DNA of 64,000 nt, from positions 54,274 to 118,273 of the forward strand of contig JBBSLJ010000001.1 in the NCBI GenBank assembly GCA_038255465.1. Direction: 5' to 3'. How positions within the stretch are numbered: the first letter of the stretch is position 1; every line of letters starts with the position of its first letter. Below are positions 1-9,710 of the stretch, piece after piece. Under the pieces are notes generated by a model that did not search any database, was not told the origin of the DNA, and saw nothing but the letters and a program-made list of their open reading frames with translations. The position numbers and the translations under genes are program-made. This DNA comes from Candidatus Saccharimonadales bacterium. Its GTDB lineage: Bacteria; Patescibacteriota; Saccharimonadia; Saccharimonadales; JACDFO01.

Positions 1-349
1 GCAAATAACTGCAGGAATATTTACGATTATAATTGCATTAACTATTCTCACTGGTAACCGCAATAGAGCGCACAAACTTACGCAAAGATTCAAAAAAAGA
101 CATAAGCAACATAAGAACTAGTTTTGCTTTATTAGCAATGTTTATGTATAGTACCGTTAAAGGTAAGCGGGACATACAAATGCTAGAGTTCATTGTTCTT
201 GGGCAAATTCCAGGAACGTCATTACAAATTACATTTTTGCAGGTTCTACTTGCATCGACATTATTAGTGACCGTGAGTAACCTGCGCGTAGTCACGCAGC
301 GCAAGCATATGCGGCGGTTTGCTCAGGACCTTGTTCGGCGCGTAACGTT

Positions 350-1792
350 TTAATCCTCTTCTGGCATAATACTTTGACCGTATAGCTGTAATTCTTCGAG
401 CAAGTATTGCTGTTCGCTGCTTAGATCAGTTCGATCCCCAAGTTCACTTAGTTTGTCAAAAAACTTGGCAAGCCTACTGGAAGTACCTCCGCCCAGCAAC
501 CGATGTTTTCTGAACGTTTCCCATGCAGCCCGATCTTCGTCATGCATAGTATTTGGAAAATTTCGGGCACGATAGAGCATCAGCAATGCTTGTAAGCGCT
601 GGTCTTTAAACTTTGGATTAAGCGTAGCAAGCTCGTCCGGTTGGGCAGCCCTAACTAAACTCATATTGATTTTATCTTGGCTGCTAAAGAAGTCCTCATA
701 CAGCCGAGCATCTACTTCTAGCTCGTCTTCGAGCAGCCTTGCTTGTTGTTTTTTGTCCATAATTTCAAGGCTTTGGGTTAGCTTTTTGCATAGTGCGGTT
801 TGGATTTTTTGAAGCTTCTTAAAATTTGCCTGGAATACCGCCGGGTCAAGCGCTAATCTTTCCTGGCTCGCACTATCGAGTACGTTTAACTGCGCTACTG
901 CTGGGCAGCGGTTATATTTCAGTGTCTTTACTGGCAACCGCGGACCCGTGTCATCCTTGCGCATACGCCAGGCAGTAACCAGCTCAGCCGGCTCAAGTTC
1001 TAAAAAAGGCGTTGGGTCATAACGTAAGTCAAAAACTAACGCCGAACCTGACTGACGTGGATGCTCGCAGAGGGTTGCAACGACGGTTGTCTTTTCGTAT
1101 TCAGCAGCATATTTGCCTGAGGTATATACAAATGGCTGACCACTCTGAATAAGCTGTTGTATCTTGTTTTTGTCTCTTAGAGCGAGTAAATAATCAAAAA
1201 GCTTAGGTTGCTTTGATTTAATCAGCCGGGCAATGTCGATACATGCCCAAACATCACTGAGCGCATCATGAGCATTTTGATGATCAATATTATTTATAGC
1301 AGCCAGCATTTCAAGACGATTAGTTGGTGCGCCTTTTTTATCTACCGGCCACCGAATACCTGTTGGTCTGAGCGCTCTGGTCATTCTTACTAAGTCCAAT
1401 AAATCCCATCGTGATCGCCCGTCGTTCCATTGCCACTCATAAGCATCGTAGTAATTGCGGTACAGCAAAAAACGCATAAACTCGTCATCGAACCTGACGG
1501 TATTAAAACCTAAAAATATGGTGTCCGGCAGGGCTATCTCGGCAAAAAATAATTTTAAAAATTCAGCTTCTGTTATACCTTCTTGAATGGTTTTCTGCGG
1601 TGTAATGCCAGTAATCAGGATAGCGTCCGGTTCCGGCACGATCTCATCTGTCATTTTAATAAGAACATTGTGTGGTTCACCAATGGGCTGCAAGTTCATA
1701 TCAGTTCGCTGGCCGGCAAACTGCATAATGCGGGCATCACGCGGATTAATACCTGACGTTTCTAAATCATAAAAGTAAAAAGTATTAGCCAT
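350..1792 (-). CDS. sbcB: Exodeoxyribonuclease I (DEDDh 3-prime to 5-prime exonuclease)
   Basis: 480-aa ORF. The N-terminal FYDLETSG motif is the DEDDh Exo I signature, and the length and C-terminal SH3-like/helical region are typical of ExoI. Confidence 0.8.
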   Translation of the reverse strand: MANTFYFYDLETSGINPRDARIMQFAGQRTDMNLQPIGEPHNVLIKMTDEIVPEPDAILITGITPQKTIQEGITEAEFLKLFFAEIALPDTIFLGFNTVRFDDEFMRFLLYRNYYDAYEWQWNDGRSRWDLLDLVRMTRALRPTGIRWPVDKKGAPTNRLEMLAAINNIDHQNAHDALSDVWACIDIARLIKSKQPKLFDYLLALRDKNKIQQLIQSGQPFVYTSGKYAAEYEKTTVVATLCEHPRQSGSALVFDLRYDPTPFLELEPAELVTAWRMRKDDTGPRLPVKTLKYNRCPAVAQLNVLDSASQERLALDPAVFQANFKKLQKIQTALCKKLTQSLEIMDKKQQARLLEDELEVDARLYEDFFSSQDKINMSLVRAAQPDELATLNPKFKDQRLQALLMLYRARNFPNTMHDEDRAAWETFRKHRLLGGGTSSRLAKFFDKLSELGDRTDLSSEQQYLLEELQLYGQSIMPEED

Positions 1793-1817
1793 ATGAACTA
1801 GTCTACCACCACTACAT

Positions 1818-2249
1818 TTATTTCAAACGCTCCCACGGGGCTATGCCGCCTTTTTTAACAGTAAAAAGTGGATGGGGCTGACAGACCGTTTCGGCGAGCC
1901 AGAATTTGTAAGCTTCGGGTGCACGCTGCTGCAACTTAGTCCTTAAATGCTGCCATTCATAGGCCAGCTGCCCATCAGTAATTACTATCTGGCCGCAGCT
2001 TTTCCGCTTTGAAAGCTTGCTTCTGTTAAACGCGTAATGTCTTGTTTCGGCTTCATCACAAATAACATGCAGATATTCGTCTATTGCTAACTCCGTGTCA
2101 GAACATTCTTGAAACCGCAGTAATTGGGGGTGCCGTGTATATCCTTTTGTTTGCCCATCAAGCACCTTTTTTGCGAGCAGACCCTCCCGCCACGCAGCAA
2201 TAAGACCAGCCCGATCAAGATATTTTGGGTGCAACGACCACAGTCTCAA
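1818..2249 (-). CDS. Pyrimidine-dimer DNA glycosylase family protein (T4 endoV/DenV-like)
   Basis: 143-aa ORF. It begins MRLWSLHPKYLD, the conserved N-terminus of the Pyr_excise family. Confidence 0.6.
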   Translation of the reverse strand: MRLWSLHPKYLDRAGLIAAWREGLLAKKVLDGQTKGYTRHPQLLRFQECSDTELAIDEYLHVICDEAETRHYAFNRSKLSKRKSCGQIVITDGQLAYEWQHLRTKLQQRAPEAYKFWLAETVCQPHPLFTVKKGGIAPWERLK

Positions 2250-3527
2250 CTAGTACTCCAAACGGCCAATTTCTGGACTGCCAATTTGGATACGATTACC
2301 TGGTTCAATGTTCTGACGAACTAACCCGTGCATGATTCCCATTTTTTTCATAATGTCGCGCAAGCGCTGCGTACCGTGAAAATTGTCAAAATCTGTTCGT
2401 TTAGCAAATCGCTCGATCTTCTTGCCGGTGACCACATAAACAGTTTCGTTTTTAACAACCTGCCACGCCTCATCATCACTAATTGTTAATACTGGCAGCG
2501 CATCCTCATCCTGCTCGCTGGCAAGTTGCAGCGCCCGTTCGGCTTGAACAATCTTGTGAAGCCTAATGAGAAGCTGCTTTACATTCTGTTTGCTCATTGA
2601 CGATATCGCCACCACTTCGACGTGTTTTGGAACAGCCTTTTTTAACTGCTTTAAAAGGTCTTCAACTATATCCTTATCAAGTCCTTCGATTTTGGTCAGT
2701 GCTACTATCTGAGGTCGCTCAGTCAGATCAATTCTATATGCCTTAAGTTCGTTATAAATAGTCTTGAACGCAGTCGTTAGATCATCAGTATATGCATCAA
2801 TAAGGTGCAGTAGCACGCCAGATCGCTCTACATGCCGCAAAAATTCATCCCCCAGGCCCTTCCCTTGACTAGCACCTTCAATTAAACCGGGAATATCAGC
2901 AATCAGTATGCTGGCGCTGTCACCTAAATCAACCACGCCAAGGTTTGGAGTCAAGGTTGTAAACGGATAGTTGGCGATTTCGGGTTTTGCGTTACTAACG
3001 CTAGCCAGAAAGGTGGATTTACCTGCATTTGGCAGTCCTACAAGACCAACATCGGCTATCATCTTAAGCTCAAATACCAATTCTTTTTCTTCGCCGTCTT
3101 CGCCTTTTTCTGCCACACGAGGCACCTGACGTGTACTTGATGTAAAGTGGGCGTTGCCAAATCCGCCCTTGCCGCCTTTTGCAATTACAACCTTTTGACC
3201 GTCAAAGGTCATATCGACCAACAGATTACCCTCGGGGTCGTTTATAGTCGTACCGACAGGTACTGCAATTATCAGTTCCTGGCCGTTTCTGCCGTGTTTT
3301 CTGCGTTGAGTACCAGGTTGACCAGATGATGCTACCAATAGTTTTTGAAAACGAAAGGCTGCAAGCGTGTTCTGATTTCGGCTGGCCTCTAAAATAATAT
3401 TGCCGCCAGTACCGCCATCACCACCATCAGGCCCGCCTTTGTCTACAAATTTTTCTTGACGAAATGAAACAGCACCGTTGCCGCCGTTACCTGCTTTTAC
3501 TTGTACTACTGCCTTATCTACAAACAT
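2250..3527 (-). CDS. obg: GTPase Obg
   Basis: 425 aa. N-terminal glycine-rich Obg fold (GNGGNGAVSFRQEKF, GGPDGGDGGTGG), a G-domain with GLPNAGKST, and a C-terminal Obg_CT/TGS-like tail. Confidence 0.9.
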   Translation of the reverse strand: MFVDKAVVQVKAGNGGNGAVSFRQEKFVDKGGPDGGDGGTGGNIILEASRNQNTLAAFRFQKLLVASSGQPGTQRRKHGRNGQELIIAVPVGTTINDPEGNLLVDMTFDGQKVVIAKGGKGGFGNAHFTSSTRQVPRVAEKGEDGEEKELVFELKMIADVGLVGLPNAGKSTFLASVSNAKPEIANYPFTTLTPNLGVVDLGDSASILIADIPGLIEGASQGKGLGDEFLRHVERSGVLLHLIDAYTDDLTTAFKTIYNELKAYRIDLTERPQIVALTKIEGLDKDIVEDLLKQLKKAVPKHVEVVAISSMSKQNVKQLLIRLHKIVQAERALQLASEQDEDALPVLTISDDEAWQVVKNETVYVVTGKKIERFAKRTDFDNFHGTQRLRDIMKKMGIMHGLVRQNIEPGNRIQIGSPEIGRLEY

Positions 3528-3608
3528 ATCATTAGTCTACCTAAACCATTACTGATAATAAAACAGGGCTAGTGCAGCCCTGTTTGCTTGGTACTATTCT
3601 AACACTTA

Positions 3609-4676
3609 TTAGTAAATATATCTAAAATTAGCTGCCTGTTCGGCAGTCATTGTCCTGCTACTTACACGACCCCATCCCGATACGTTCATCTCAGATATAT
3701 GCACAGTACCGTCAGCGTCAACAGATTCTACATAGCCCACATGGCCGTAAAAATCACGAGGTGGGGTCCAAATTACTGCACCTGCAGCCGGCGTGGTACC
3801 GGTAGCTAAGCCAGAGCGAGAGCTTAGATTAAGCCAAGTGCTGGCATTCCCCAGATTGCTTGGTACAGGACGACCAATTTGCGCACGTTTAACTGCTACA
3901 TACCAGGTGCAATAGCCGTAGTCATACCCGTTGCTACCATAGATTGGCGCGTAGCCGCCCCAAGCAAAGCCACCTGATCCAGACATCCGGGCAGTTGTGC
4001 GTGTCACAGGCTGGATACCATCTGGAATCATAATTCGTTGGCCTTCAACCAAACCGCTTACCTCGGCATCATTGAACTCAATAATAGCTTGTTTAGCAGC
4101 ATTAAATCGTGTTGCGAGAGCTTCAGGCGTATCGCCGCTCTTAACCGTATAAATTAACCCATTAACGGGCGGAATAACAATCACCTTACCCACGTCAATT
4201 GTTGCACCGGATAAACTATTACTCCAACGCAGACTGTCTGAAGTAACGCCAAATTTTTCTGCAATACTGGCGACTGTATCACCCGACTGTACGGTGTAGT
4301 CCCGAATGTCACGACGTGATTTTGTAGCCGTTGAAACTACCTGAGTCTTTGCAATAATTTTTTCGTCTGCGGGTGAGATACTGAGCTGTGCGTTAACAGA
4401 ATCGGCATTGTTTTTAACTGATACCGCTTCGTCTAAACGTGCCAAATTTGCGACATGGGCCGCAATATCAGCTGATGATAATTCATCAAGTGGGTTTGAA
4501 TTCGATGCATCAGCAGTGCTGGCTAGCGCATTTTGCTTACTGGTCTGTCCTGTTGGTGTGCTGTTTACAATAAAAACAATGACACCTACAAGCAAAGCAA
4601 TGTTTGCTGTGAGTAGGCTGTATCTAATAAACCTCTTTTGAGATTTAGCGATACGACGACGGAAACTCCGTCGCAC
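3609..4676 (-). CDS. Membrane-anchored peptidoglycan hydrolase with LysM repeats and a C-terminal CHAP domain
   Basis: N-terminal TM helix and two LysM-like repeats (YTVQSGDTVASIAEKFGV, YTVKSGDTPEALATRF). The C-terminal CHAP domain has a catalytic Cys (GYCTWYVA) and His (GHVGYV). Confidence 0.75.
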   Translation of the reverse strand: MRRSFRRRIAKSQKRFIRYSLLTANIALLVGVIVFIVNSTPTGQTSKQNALASTADASNSNPLDELSSADIAAHVANLARLDEAVSVKNNADSVNAQLSISPADEKIIAKTQVVSTATKSRRDIRDYTVQSGDTVASIAEKFGVTSDSLRWSNSLSGATIDVGKVIVIPPVNGLIYTVKSGDTPEALATRFNAAKQAIIEFNDAEVSGLVEGQRIMIPDGIQPVTRTTARMSGSGGFAWGGYAPIYGSNGYDYGYCTWYVAVKRAQIGRPVPSNLGNASTWLNLSSRSGLATGTTPAAGAVIWTPPRDFYGHVGYVESVDADGTVHISEMNVSGWGRVSSRTMTAEQAANFRYIY

Positions 4677-4928
4677 GTTTTTTGATTGAGGCGTGAGCCG
4701 TCGGCTCAGTGTTGCTGTTTGTGTACGAATGCTTGCTCCTATTGGCGTCTAAAACGCCAGAAAGTAATCATGGTTCTTAATTGTTAAATTTGGAGGTAAC
4801 GTTGTCAATTCCCGGGTTTAAATGTAAAAAAGCATGATTACGTGGTAACACTTTTGCATACTGCTTAGGTGTTACTGAGAAATTGTAGCAAAAAAGACTT
4901 AAAAAAACAAGTTTTTATATCTCTGGTG

Positions 4929-4960
4929 ACCCCTGTTAAATATTTTCTTCACCCCTGTTA
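4929..4960 (-). promoter_or_regulatory. Two tandem copies of the CCCCTGTTA(A) motif (4929..4940 GACCCCTGTTAA; 4949..4960 TCACCCCTGTTA) in the mltG/LysM-CHAP intergenic region
   Basis: Direct repeats about 20 bp apart, 260-280 bp upstream of the LysM/CHAP hydrolase start on the minus strand. Confidence 0.4.
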
Positions 4961-6037
4961 TCGGCAAAGAATTTTACAGTGTTCGGCAATGTTAGCCTCA
5001 TGTTCCTGAATTGTCCGTGCAAAGAATGATTTTCCTTTGTCCGGGCCTTCGTCATCAGCCACGAAATAGAGGAAGTCAGTTGAGGCAGGATTAGCAACTG
5101 ATTCAAGTGAAGACCGGGAAAAGTTACTAACTGGACCGGGGGGCAACCCGTCATTGCGGTAGGTATTGTATAAGGAATCATATGACAATGCCTGGGTATG
5201 AGATAAGTCATCTAATTCACCTCCAAGAGCGGCACCATAGCTTGCAGTCGCGTCTGATTCCAAACGCTGGCCTTCACGGAGGCGTTTTAAGAATACTTGC
5301 GCAATAGTTGGTTTATCTGCTTCCATTCCGGCCTCTTTTTCAACTATAGAGGCCAGAATAATTCCTTGGTGAACAGTAAGACCCTGGCGGACTATGGCTG
5401 CCCTAAGATCAGGTGTAAGTACTTTTTGGAGTTCGTCAAGCGCCGCCGTAATCAGCTGCTGCGGTTTTGTGTTGGCTGTTTTTTGGAACGATTCAGGGTA
5501 AATATAGCCTTCCAGGCTGGCGTCAGCAGGTTTATCGACCAGTGCCGGATGATCTGCATACAGTTTGGGATCAAGCGCTGCTTCAATTTCCTGCTCATCA
5601 AAACCGTAATTACTGAGTGTCTTTTTGACTTCATCCAAACGGTGGCCCGGAACAATCAGCACTAAGTCTATACTGACTTTACCATTTGTTAAGATAGCGA
5701 CTATTTCTTCTACGCTCTGATTTGAGCTAAGCGGGTAGGTGCCGGCTTGTAACGCCTCGCGGGCATCGTTATTACGTACATACCACTCAAAAGCCCAAGC
5801 CGCTTTGATGAGCTTAGCATCCTCTAAAAGCTTGGCTATTTCTTTGACTGACGCACCCGCGGGAATAGTAATTTGTTGAGTTTGTTGCGTGTTGCTTAGC
5901 GGACGCAAGTTTTGTTCATATGTGCGCCTAATAACAAGCACCGTGCTGACAATCAAAACCAAAACAGTTGCGCCAACTATTAGTAAAATTTTAGGCCAGC
6001 GGCGTTTGTAGCCTTTTCCTTGTGCATAGTTGCTCAA
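4958..6037 (-). CDS. mltG: Endolytic murein transglycosylase MltG (YceG family)
   Basis: 359 aa. N-terminal TM anchor and YceG-like domain, C-terminal catalytic region (YFVADDEGPDKGKSFFARTIQEH). Confidence 0.8.
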   Translation of the reverse strand: MSNYAQGKGYKRRWPKILLIVGATVLVLIVSTVLVIRRTYEQNLRPLSNTQQTQQITIPAGASVKEIAKLLEDAKLIKAAWAFEWYVRNNDAREALQAGTYPLSSNQSVEEIVAILTNGKVSIDLVLIVPGHRLDEVKKTLSNYGFDEQEIEAALDPKLYADHPALVDKPADASLEGYIYPESFQKTANTKPQQLITAALDELQKVLTPDLRAAIVRQGLTVHQGIILASIVEKEAGMEADKPTIAQVFLKRLREGQRLESDATASYGAALGGELDDLSHTQALSYDSLYNTYRNDGLPPGPVSNFSRSSLESVANPASTDFLYFVADDEGPDKGKSFFARTIQEHEANIAEHCKILCR

Positions 6038-6483
6038 TGTCTTGCCTCCATACTATCTATACTAGCAAGATAATCTTCGAGTATATAGACAGCGGCTAAA
6101 GCGTCGATATCCCCCTTGGAGTATTTCTGGCCACGGGCATCGAGCTCGGCCTCCGCCTGCTTTGATGTCAATGCCTCATCCTGCAAAACTACTTTACAAT
6201 CGCTTATTTCTTGCAAATGACTAGCAAACTTACGCACATATGCTGTTTGATCAGTATCATCGCCACTAAGGTTGCGCGGCAAGCCTACTACCGCTATATC
6301 TGCATGCTCCCTAGTAATAAGCAGCTTAATATCAGCCCAAATATTCTCGTTGTGTGGCATAACTTCAAGGGGACGGGCTAACCGGGCGTATTTGTTGGCA
6401 ATAGCCACGCCTATTCGTCGCTCACCTACGTCTAGAGCTATTATATTATCGCTTTTAGTTGTCATCCGTATTGCTCTGTTCAA
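6034..6483 (-). CDS. ruvX: Holliday-junction resolvase-like RuvX/YqgF
   Basis: 149 aa with IIALDVGERRIGVAIAN, the RNase H-like YqgF motif. It overlaps the mltG start by 4 nt. Confidence 0.85.
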   Translation of the reverse strand: MNRAIRMTTKSDNIIALDVGERRIGVAIANKYARLARPLEVMPHNENIWADIKLLITREHADIAVVGLPRNLSGDDTDQTAYVRKFASHLQEISDCKVVLQDEALTSKQAEAELDARGQKYSKGDIDALAAVYILEDYLASIDSMEARH

Positions 6484-8125
6484 AAATTACAGTAATTTTA
6501 GATGTCTTCTTTGGAGTTACCGAAACCCAGAAAGGGCTATAGGTTATTTGGGCGTCTTCAATGCCCGGTCGGGCTTTGATCGCTGTCAGCCCTGGATTTT
6601 TCTTTTTGCCGGCAATCTCTGACTTAATGGCGTTTTCATCAAGTTGCGGTCCGGCTAGTACTTGTGCTCTAATCGTAACAATGGCATCGCCATTTGGCTT
6701 CTTTTCATCCAGCACGACCCTGACCTTGTCGAGGCCATTATCGAGAATAACTTGTTTTGACTTGTCGTATTTACCTTCTACGCTCTTTTCAACTAGCAAT
6801 TTTAGATCTTCTTTTTTGACACCTAGCAGGGTATAGGTGGATACGATGCTGACTGTTACTTTATCGCCCGCCTCGTTCACTTTGGGGGTTGCAGTTATCA
6901 CTGGCTCGCCTTTAGTGGCAAATGTTTCGCGCAGACCAATTGTTCCCTCTGCTTCCATATCTCCCAGCAAACTGTCCCGTGCCGCGTCGCCTCTATCTTG
7001 AATTTTTTGTCGTGCGTCATCAATGTCTTTTTGAGCCACAACTTTAGTGATAACGGTTGTTCCTCCCGCCATAGCACTTCCATCAGCCGACATTGAAGAA
7101 TAACCTGCCACACTATACGAATGGTCACTTCTTGCTGCAAGATTATATTTATCGCCGCCAGCCTGAGCTAGAACCTTCACGGCCGCAGAAGGTTTATCGA
7201 ATTTACAGGCGCTACCAGTAAAGCCGCTTGGATCAACCGTAACACTCTCAGTAGTAATGAATACTAGATTACTAGCCCTTAGTTCTGTCCCGGCCGGCAC
7301 CGTTCTTGATACATCACCGAGCTTATCTGATTGGTTGCAATTATAAATACGAACAGTACCGGTAGCTTTTTCGCCCTTATCGATCTGGCCAGTCGCTGGC
7401 ACTGATTCTGTATCAGTTTTTTTAATTTCTTTTTGAATGCCTGGTACGACTGTGCCTTCTTCATTTACGGTTGCGGCTTTAGGGCTTACCGTTAATTTGA
7501 GCTCACTGTCGATGGTACTCGAGTCTGTTTTAATAACCACGCGAGCTTTTGGCAGGACCTGTGTTGCAACAAACAAGCCCACAATTATAAGAACTAGCGC
7601 CAGCACACCTAAGATTATTTTTAAGCGGAATTTGTCAAAGTTAGGTATTTTGATTTTCTTTTTCTTAGCAGCGCTAGCCGCCACTACACCGGCTCCGGCA
7701 GCAACTTCTGGCTTGTCATCGTTATCAACCTCGATTGGATCATCGTCCGTAAGTTCACCGACGGATTTTGTTGGGTCAACCTCTACATCATCAATTTCAT
7801 CGCCATCCACAGACAAAGTGTCATCCATGATGCTTGGAACGAGTGGAATGGCTGGCTTACTTTGCAATGTCTTGGCTACGTGAACACCTACGGCGCCCGC
7901 AAGCGGCAGTACTCCGACTTCAGACGTAATTAGCACCAAGCTCTTTTTTGCGTCATCGGCTGTGCGCTTTAGAAGCTTCATATTCACAATGCTTTGCAGC
8001 ACACCGGCGCGCTTTGGCAACACCAAGGCTACGATCTTTTTATCAGAGCTTTTGAGCTTGTCGATGATCGCCGTAATCTCATCATCAATATCAACATAAA
8101 TTGTATCTTTGCTTAAGCTTGGCAT
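6455..8125 (-). CDS. Hypothetical bitopic membrane protein (cytoplasmic N-domain, one TM, large extracytoplasmic domain)
   Basis: 556-aa ORF immediately downstream of ftsA. It has one central hydrophobic helix (ILGVLALVLIIVGLFVATQVL) and an acidic linker, with no recognisable catalytic motif. Confidence 0.5.
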   Translation of the reverse strand: MPSLSKDTIYVDIDDEITAIIDKLKSSDKKIVALVLPKRAGVLQSIVNMKLLKRTADDAKKSLVLITSEVGVLPLAGAVGVHVAKTLQSKPAIPLVPSIMDDTLSVDGDEIDDVEVDPTKSVGELTDDDPIEVDNDDKPEVAAGAGVVAASAAKKKKIKIPNFDKFRLKIILGVLALVLIIVGLFVATQVLPKARVVIKTDSSTIDSELKLTVSPKAATVNEEGTVVPGIQKEIKKTDTESVPATGQIDKGEKATGTVRIYNCNQSDKLGDVSRTVPAGTELRASNLVFITTESVTVDPSGFTGSACKFDKPSAAVKVLAQAGGDKYNLAARSDHSYSVAGYSSMSADGSAMAGGTTVITKVVAQKDIDDARQKIQDRGDAARDSLLGDMEAEGTIGLRETFATKGEPVITATPKVNEAGDKVTVSIVSTYTLLGVKKEDLKLLVEKSVEGKYDKSKQVILDNGLDKVRVVLDEKKPNGDAIVTIRAQVLAGPQLDENAIKSEIAGKKKNPGLTAIKARPGIEDAQITYSPFWVSVTPKKTSKITVIFEQSNTDDN

Positions 8126-8126
8126 A

Positions 8127-9419
8127 TTATACCCTTAAAATCCTGTCAATCCGTTCCCTAATCGAATCAGTGGGTCGGTTACTCGCTTGCATAAGCGTAT
8201 CCATTCCGACACGCAACAGACCCATTGCGGTTATGTATGTATGGTCGTTTACTTGGCCTGTTTTGTCAATGATACCAACTACCTGGTCTGGTTCGATGTG
8301 TCTTATTACTGGTCTTCGGGTGAATGGGAGCTTTTTATACCAGTTACCGTTCTCAAGACTATCAACTAGCATAGCAAGCGATGAACCGCCGCCGCAAAGT
8401 AGAACTTGGTGGGGCAGGTGGTCCAGATTATCAAACTCGCCGAGTGCTAAATCGATTCCACTCGTCCAGACATCCAAAGTTTTCTTGAGTGAACCTTCTA
8501 TGATTGCTTGCTTATGGCTGGGAATACGACTGGTACCAATTGCTAATTTGAGGTCTTCTGCTTGAGAAAACTCTATATCCATGGCTCTTTCGATTGAACG
8601 CGTATAGGCGCGACCGCCAATACCGAACATTTTAGTTCCCTGCACACCACCCTCGTTAATAACGGCAATATCGGTGGTACCCCCGCCGACATCCATAAGT
8701 ATGGCACTCATCGTAGCGTTCTCTTGATCACCAATTACCGAACGTGAAACAGCAAAGGGCTCTGCGGCAACAGCCAAAAGATCGAGGTCAAGTTCCTGTG
8801 CCGTTCTCTCTAGGGCGCCGATATGAATTAGCGGAGCAAAGGCCGTATAAAGCTGCACCACCACGTCCTTGCCTTGAAAACCAACAGGATTAGTAACCGT
8901 ATAGCCGTCTATTTCTATACCGACAAGTGCGCTATTAACTAATTTGATTTCAACTTCTTTACCGCCAAGTTCGATTGCCAGCTGCTTTTTTGCTCGCTTT
9001 TCGGCACGTTCTTGAACTAGCGTAATAATCTGTTCAACTTCAGAAATATCAAGTGGTTTGCTCGCGTTCTTTCGGGTACAGCGAACGGTAGTGGTGGTGC
9101 CTTTAACAAGTTCACCGGCGATACCAATCACTACACTACGGACACTAACTCCGGCTTGTTGCTCAGCATCCCTGAGCGCTGTATCACAGTTCTTCACTAC
9201 GGCAGCAATATTTGAAATTGCTCCCGCCTGCATGTCTGATAAGCCCTGATGCGCACGCCCCTGGCCAATAATCTGTAGCTCGTCGCCTTCAACTTGTGCA
9301 ATAAGCGCCTTTACAAACTCGGTACCAATATCCAGGCCAACTAAATACTGACCAGCAGTCTGATTTTTATTTTTGTGCGCTAACGCAGCTTTTTTAAGGT
9401 CTTTGAGGCGATTTAACAT
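8127..9419 (-). CDS. ftsA: Cell-division protein FtsA (actin-like ATPase)
   Basis: 430 aa. GLDIGTEFVKALIA phosphate-1 motif and DVGGGTTDIAVINEGG phosphate-2 motif, and the 1C-like insertion. It aligns by eye with FtsA and not with the shorter PilM. Confidence 0.75.
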   Translation of the reverse strand: MLNRLKDLKKAALAHKNKNQTAGQYLVGLDIGTEFVKALIAQVEGDELQIIGQGRAHQGLSDMQAGAISNIAAVVKNCDTALRDAEQQAGVSVRSVVIGIAGELVKGTTTTVRCTRKNASKPLDISEVEQIITLVQERAEKRAKKQLAIELGGKEVEIKLVNSALVGIEIDGYTVTNPVGFQGKDVVVQLYTAFAPLIHIGALERTAQELDLDLLAVAAEPFAVSRSVIGDQENATMSAILMDVGGGTTDIAVINEGGVQGTKMFGIGGRAYTRSIERAMDIEFSQAEDLKLAIGTSRIPSHKQAIIEGSLKKTLDVWTSGIDLALGEFDNLDHLPHQVLLCGGGSSLAMLVDSLENGNWYKKLPFTRRPVIRHIEPDQVVGIIDKTGQVNDHTYITAMGLLRVGMDTLMQASNRPTDSIRERIDRILRV

Positions 9420-9461
9420 AATCGCTTTTATTGTACCATAAACAGAGGTACATAGGAGATT

Positions 9462-9689
9462 TTAATACTCGCCTGAAACCATAACCCTATCACCGAGCAC
9501 CTCTTCTATGGCCTTGCCGTTAATAAGCTGAACTCCTATATCGCCTACCGCTAAAGGCTCGTAAAGTATCACCTCGTCACGTTGCGCACGTAAATGATTC
9601 TTCAGCGCCTCAATAGCCGATGGAGGCTCCACCACAAGTTGGAATCTTCTTTCGTCACGGCTAAAGATCTCTACGGCTATACGTTCCAC
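9462..9689 (-). CDS. Small hypothetical protein
   Basis: 75-aa ORF between ftsA and alaS on the same strand; no recognisable motif. Confidence 0.3.
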   Translation of the reverse strand: MERIAVEIFSRDERRFQLVVEPPSAIEALKNHLRAQRDEVILYEPLAVGDIGVQLINGKAIEEVLGDRVMVSGEY

Positions 9690-9710
9690 AAAAACCCTCT
9701 AAACCTTAAA

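Noticed and set aside
138-353. Small plus-strand ORF at the window start (possibly 180..353, MLEFIVLGQIPGT...), and minus ORF 38..304
   Set aside because: The hydrophobic product could be a real small membrane protein, but there is no recognisable family or start context. The region may also be the 3-prime UTR or terminator of sbcB.
5297-5665. Numerous 60-150-aa antisense ORFs inside housekeeping genes (for example 5297..5665, 7437..7883, 15109..15546, 22915..23289, 25357..25764, 33784..34026, 48800..49267)
   Set aside because: Each lies fully inside a longer ORF with strong family motifs on the other strand, and none has an obvious start context.
8127-9419. Alternative call as type IV pilus PilM
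   Set aside because: The length (430 aa), the subdomain-1C-like insertion and the alignment by eye of the phosphate-2 region (DVGGGTTDIAV...AEDLKLAIG against FtsA DIGGGTTDIAV...AERIKIKYG) favour FtsA. No pilN/pilO-like genes follow.
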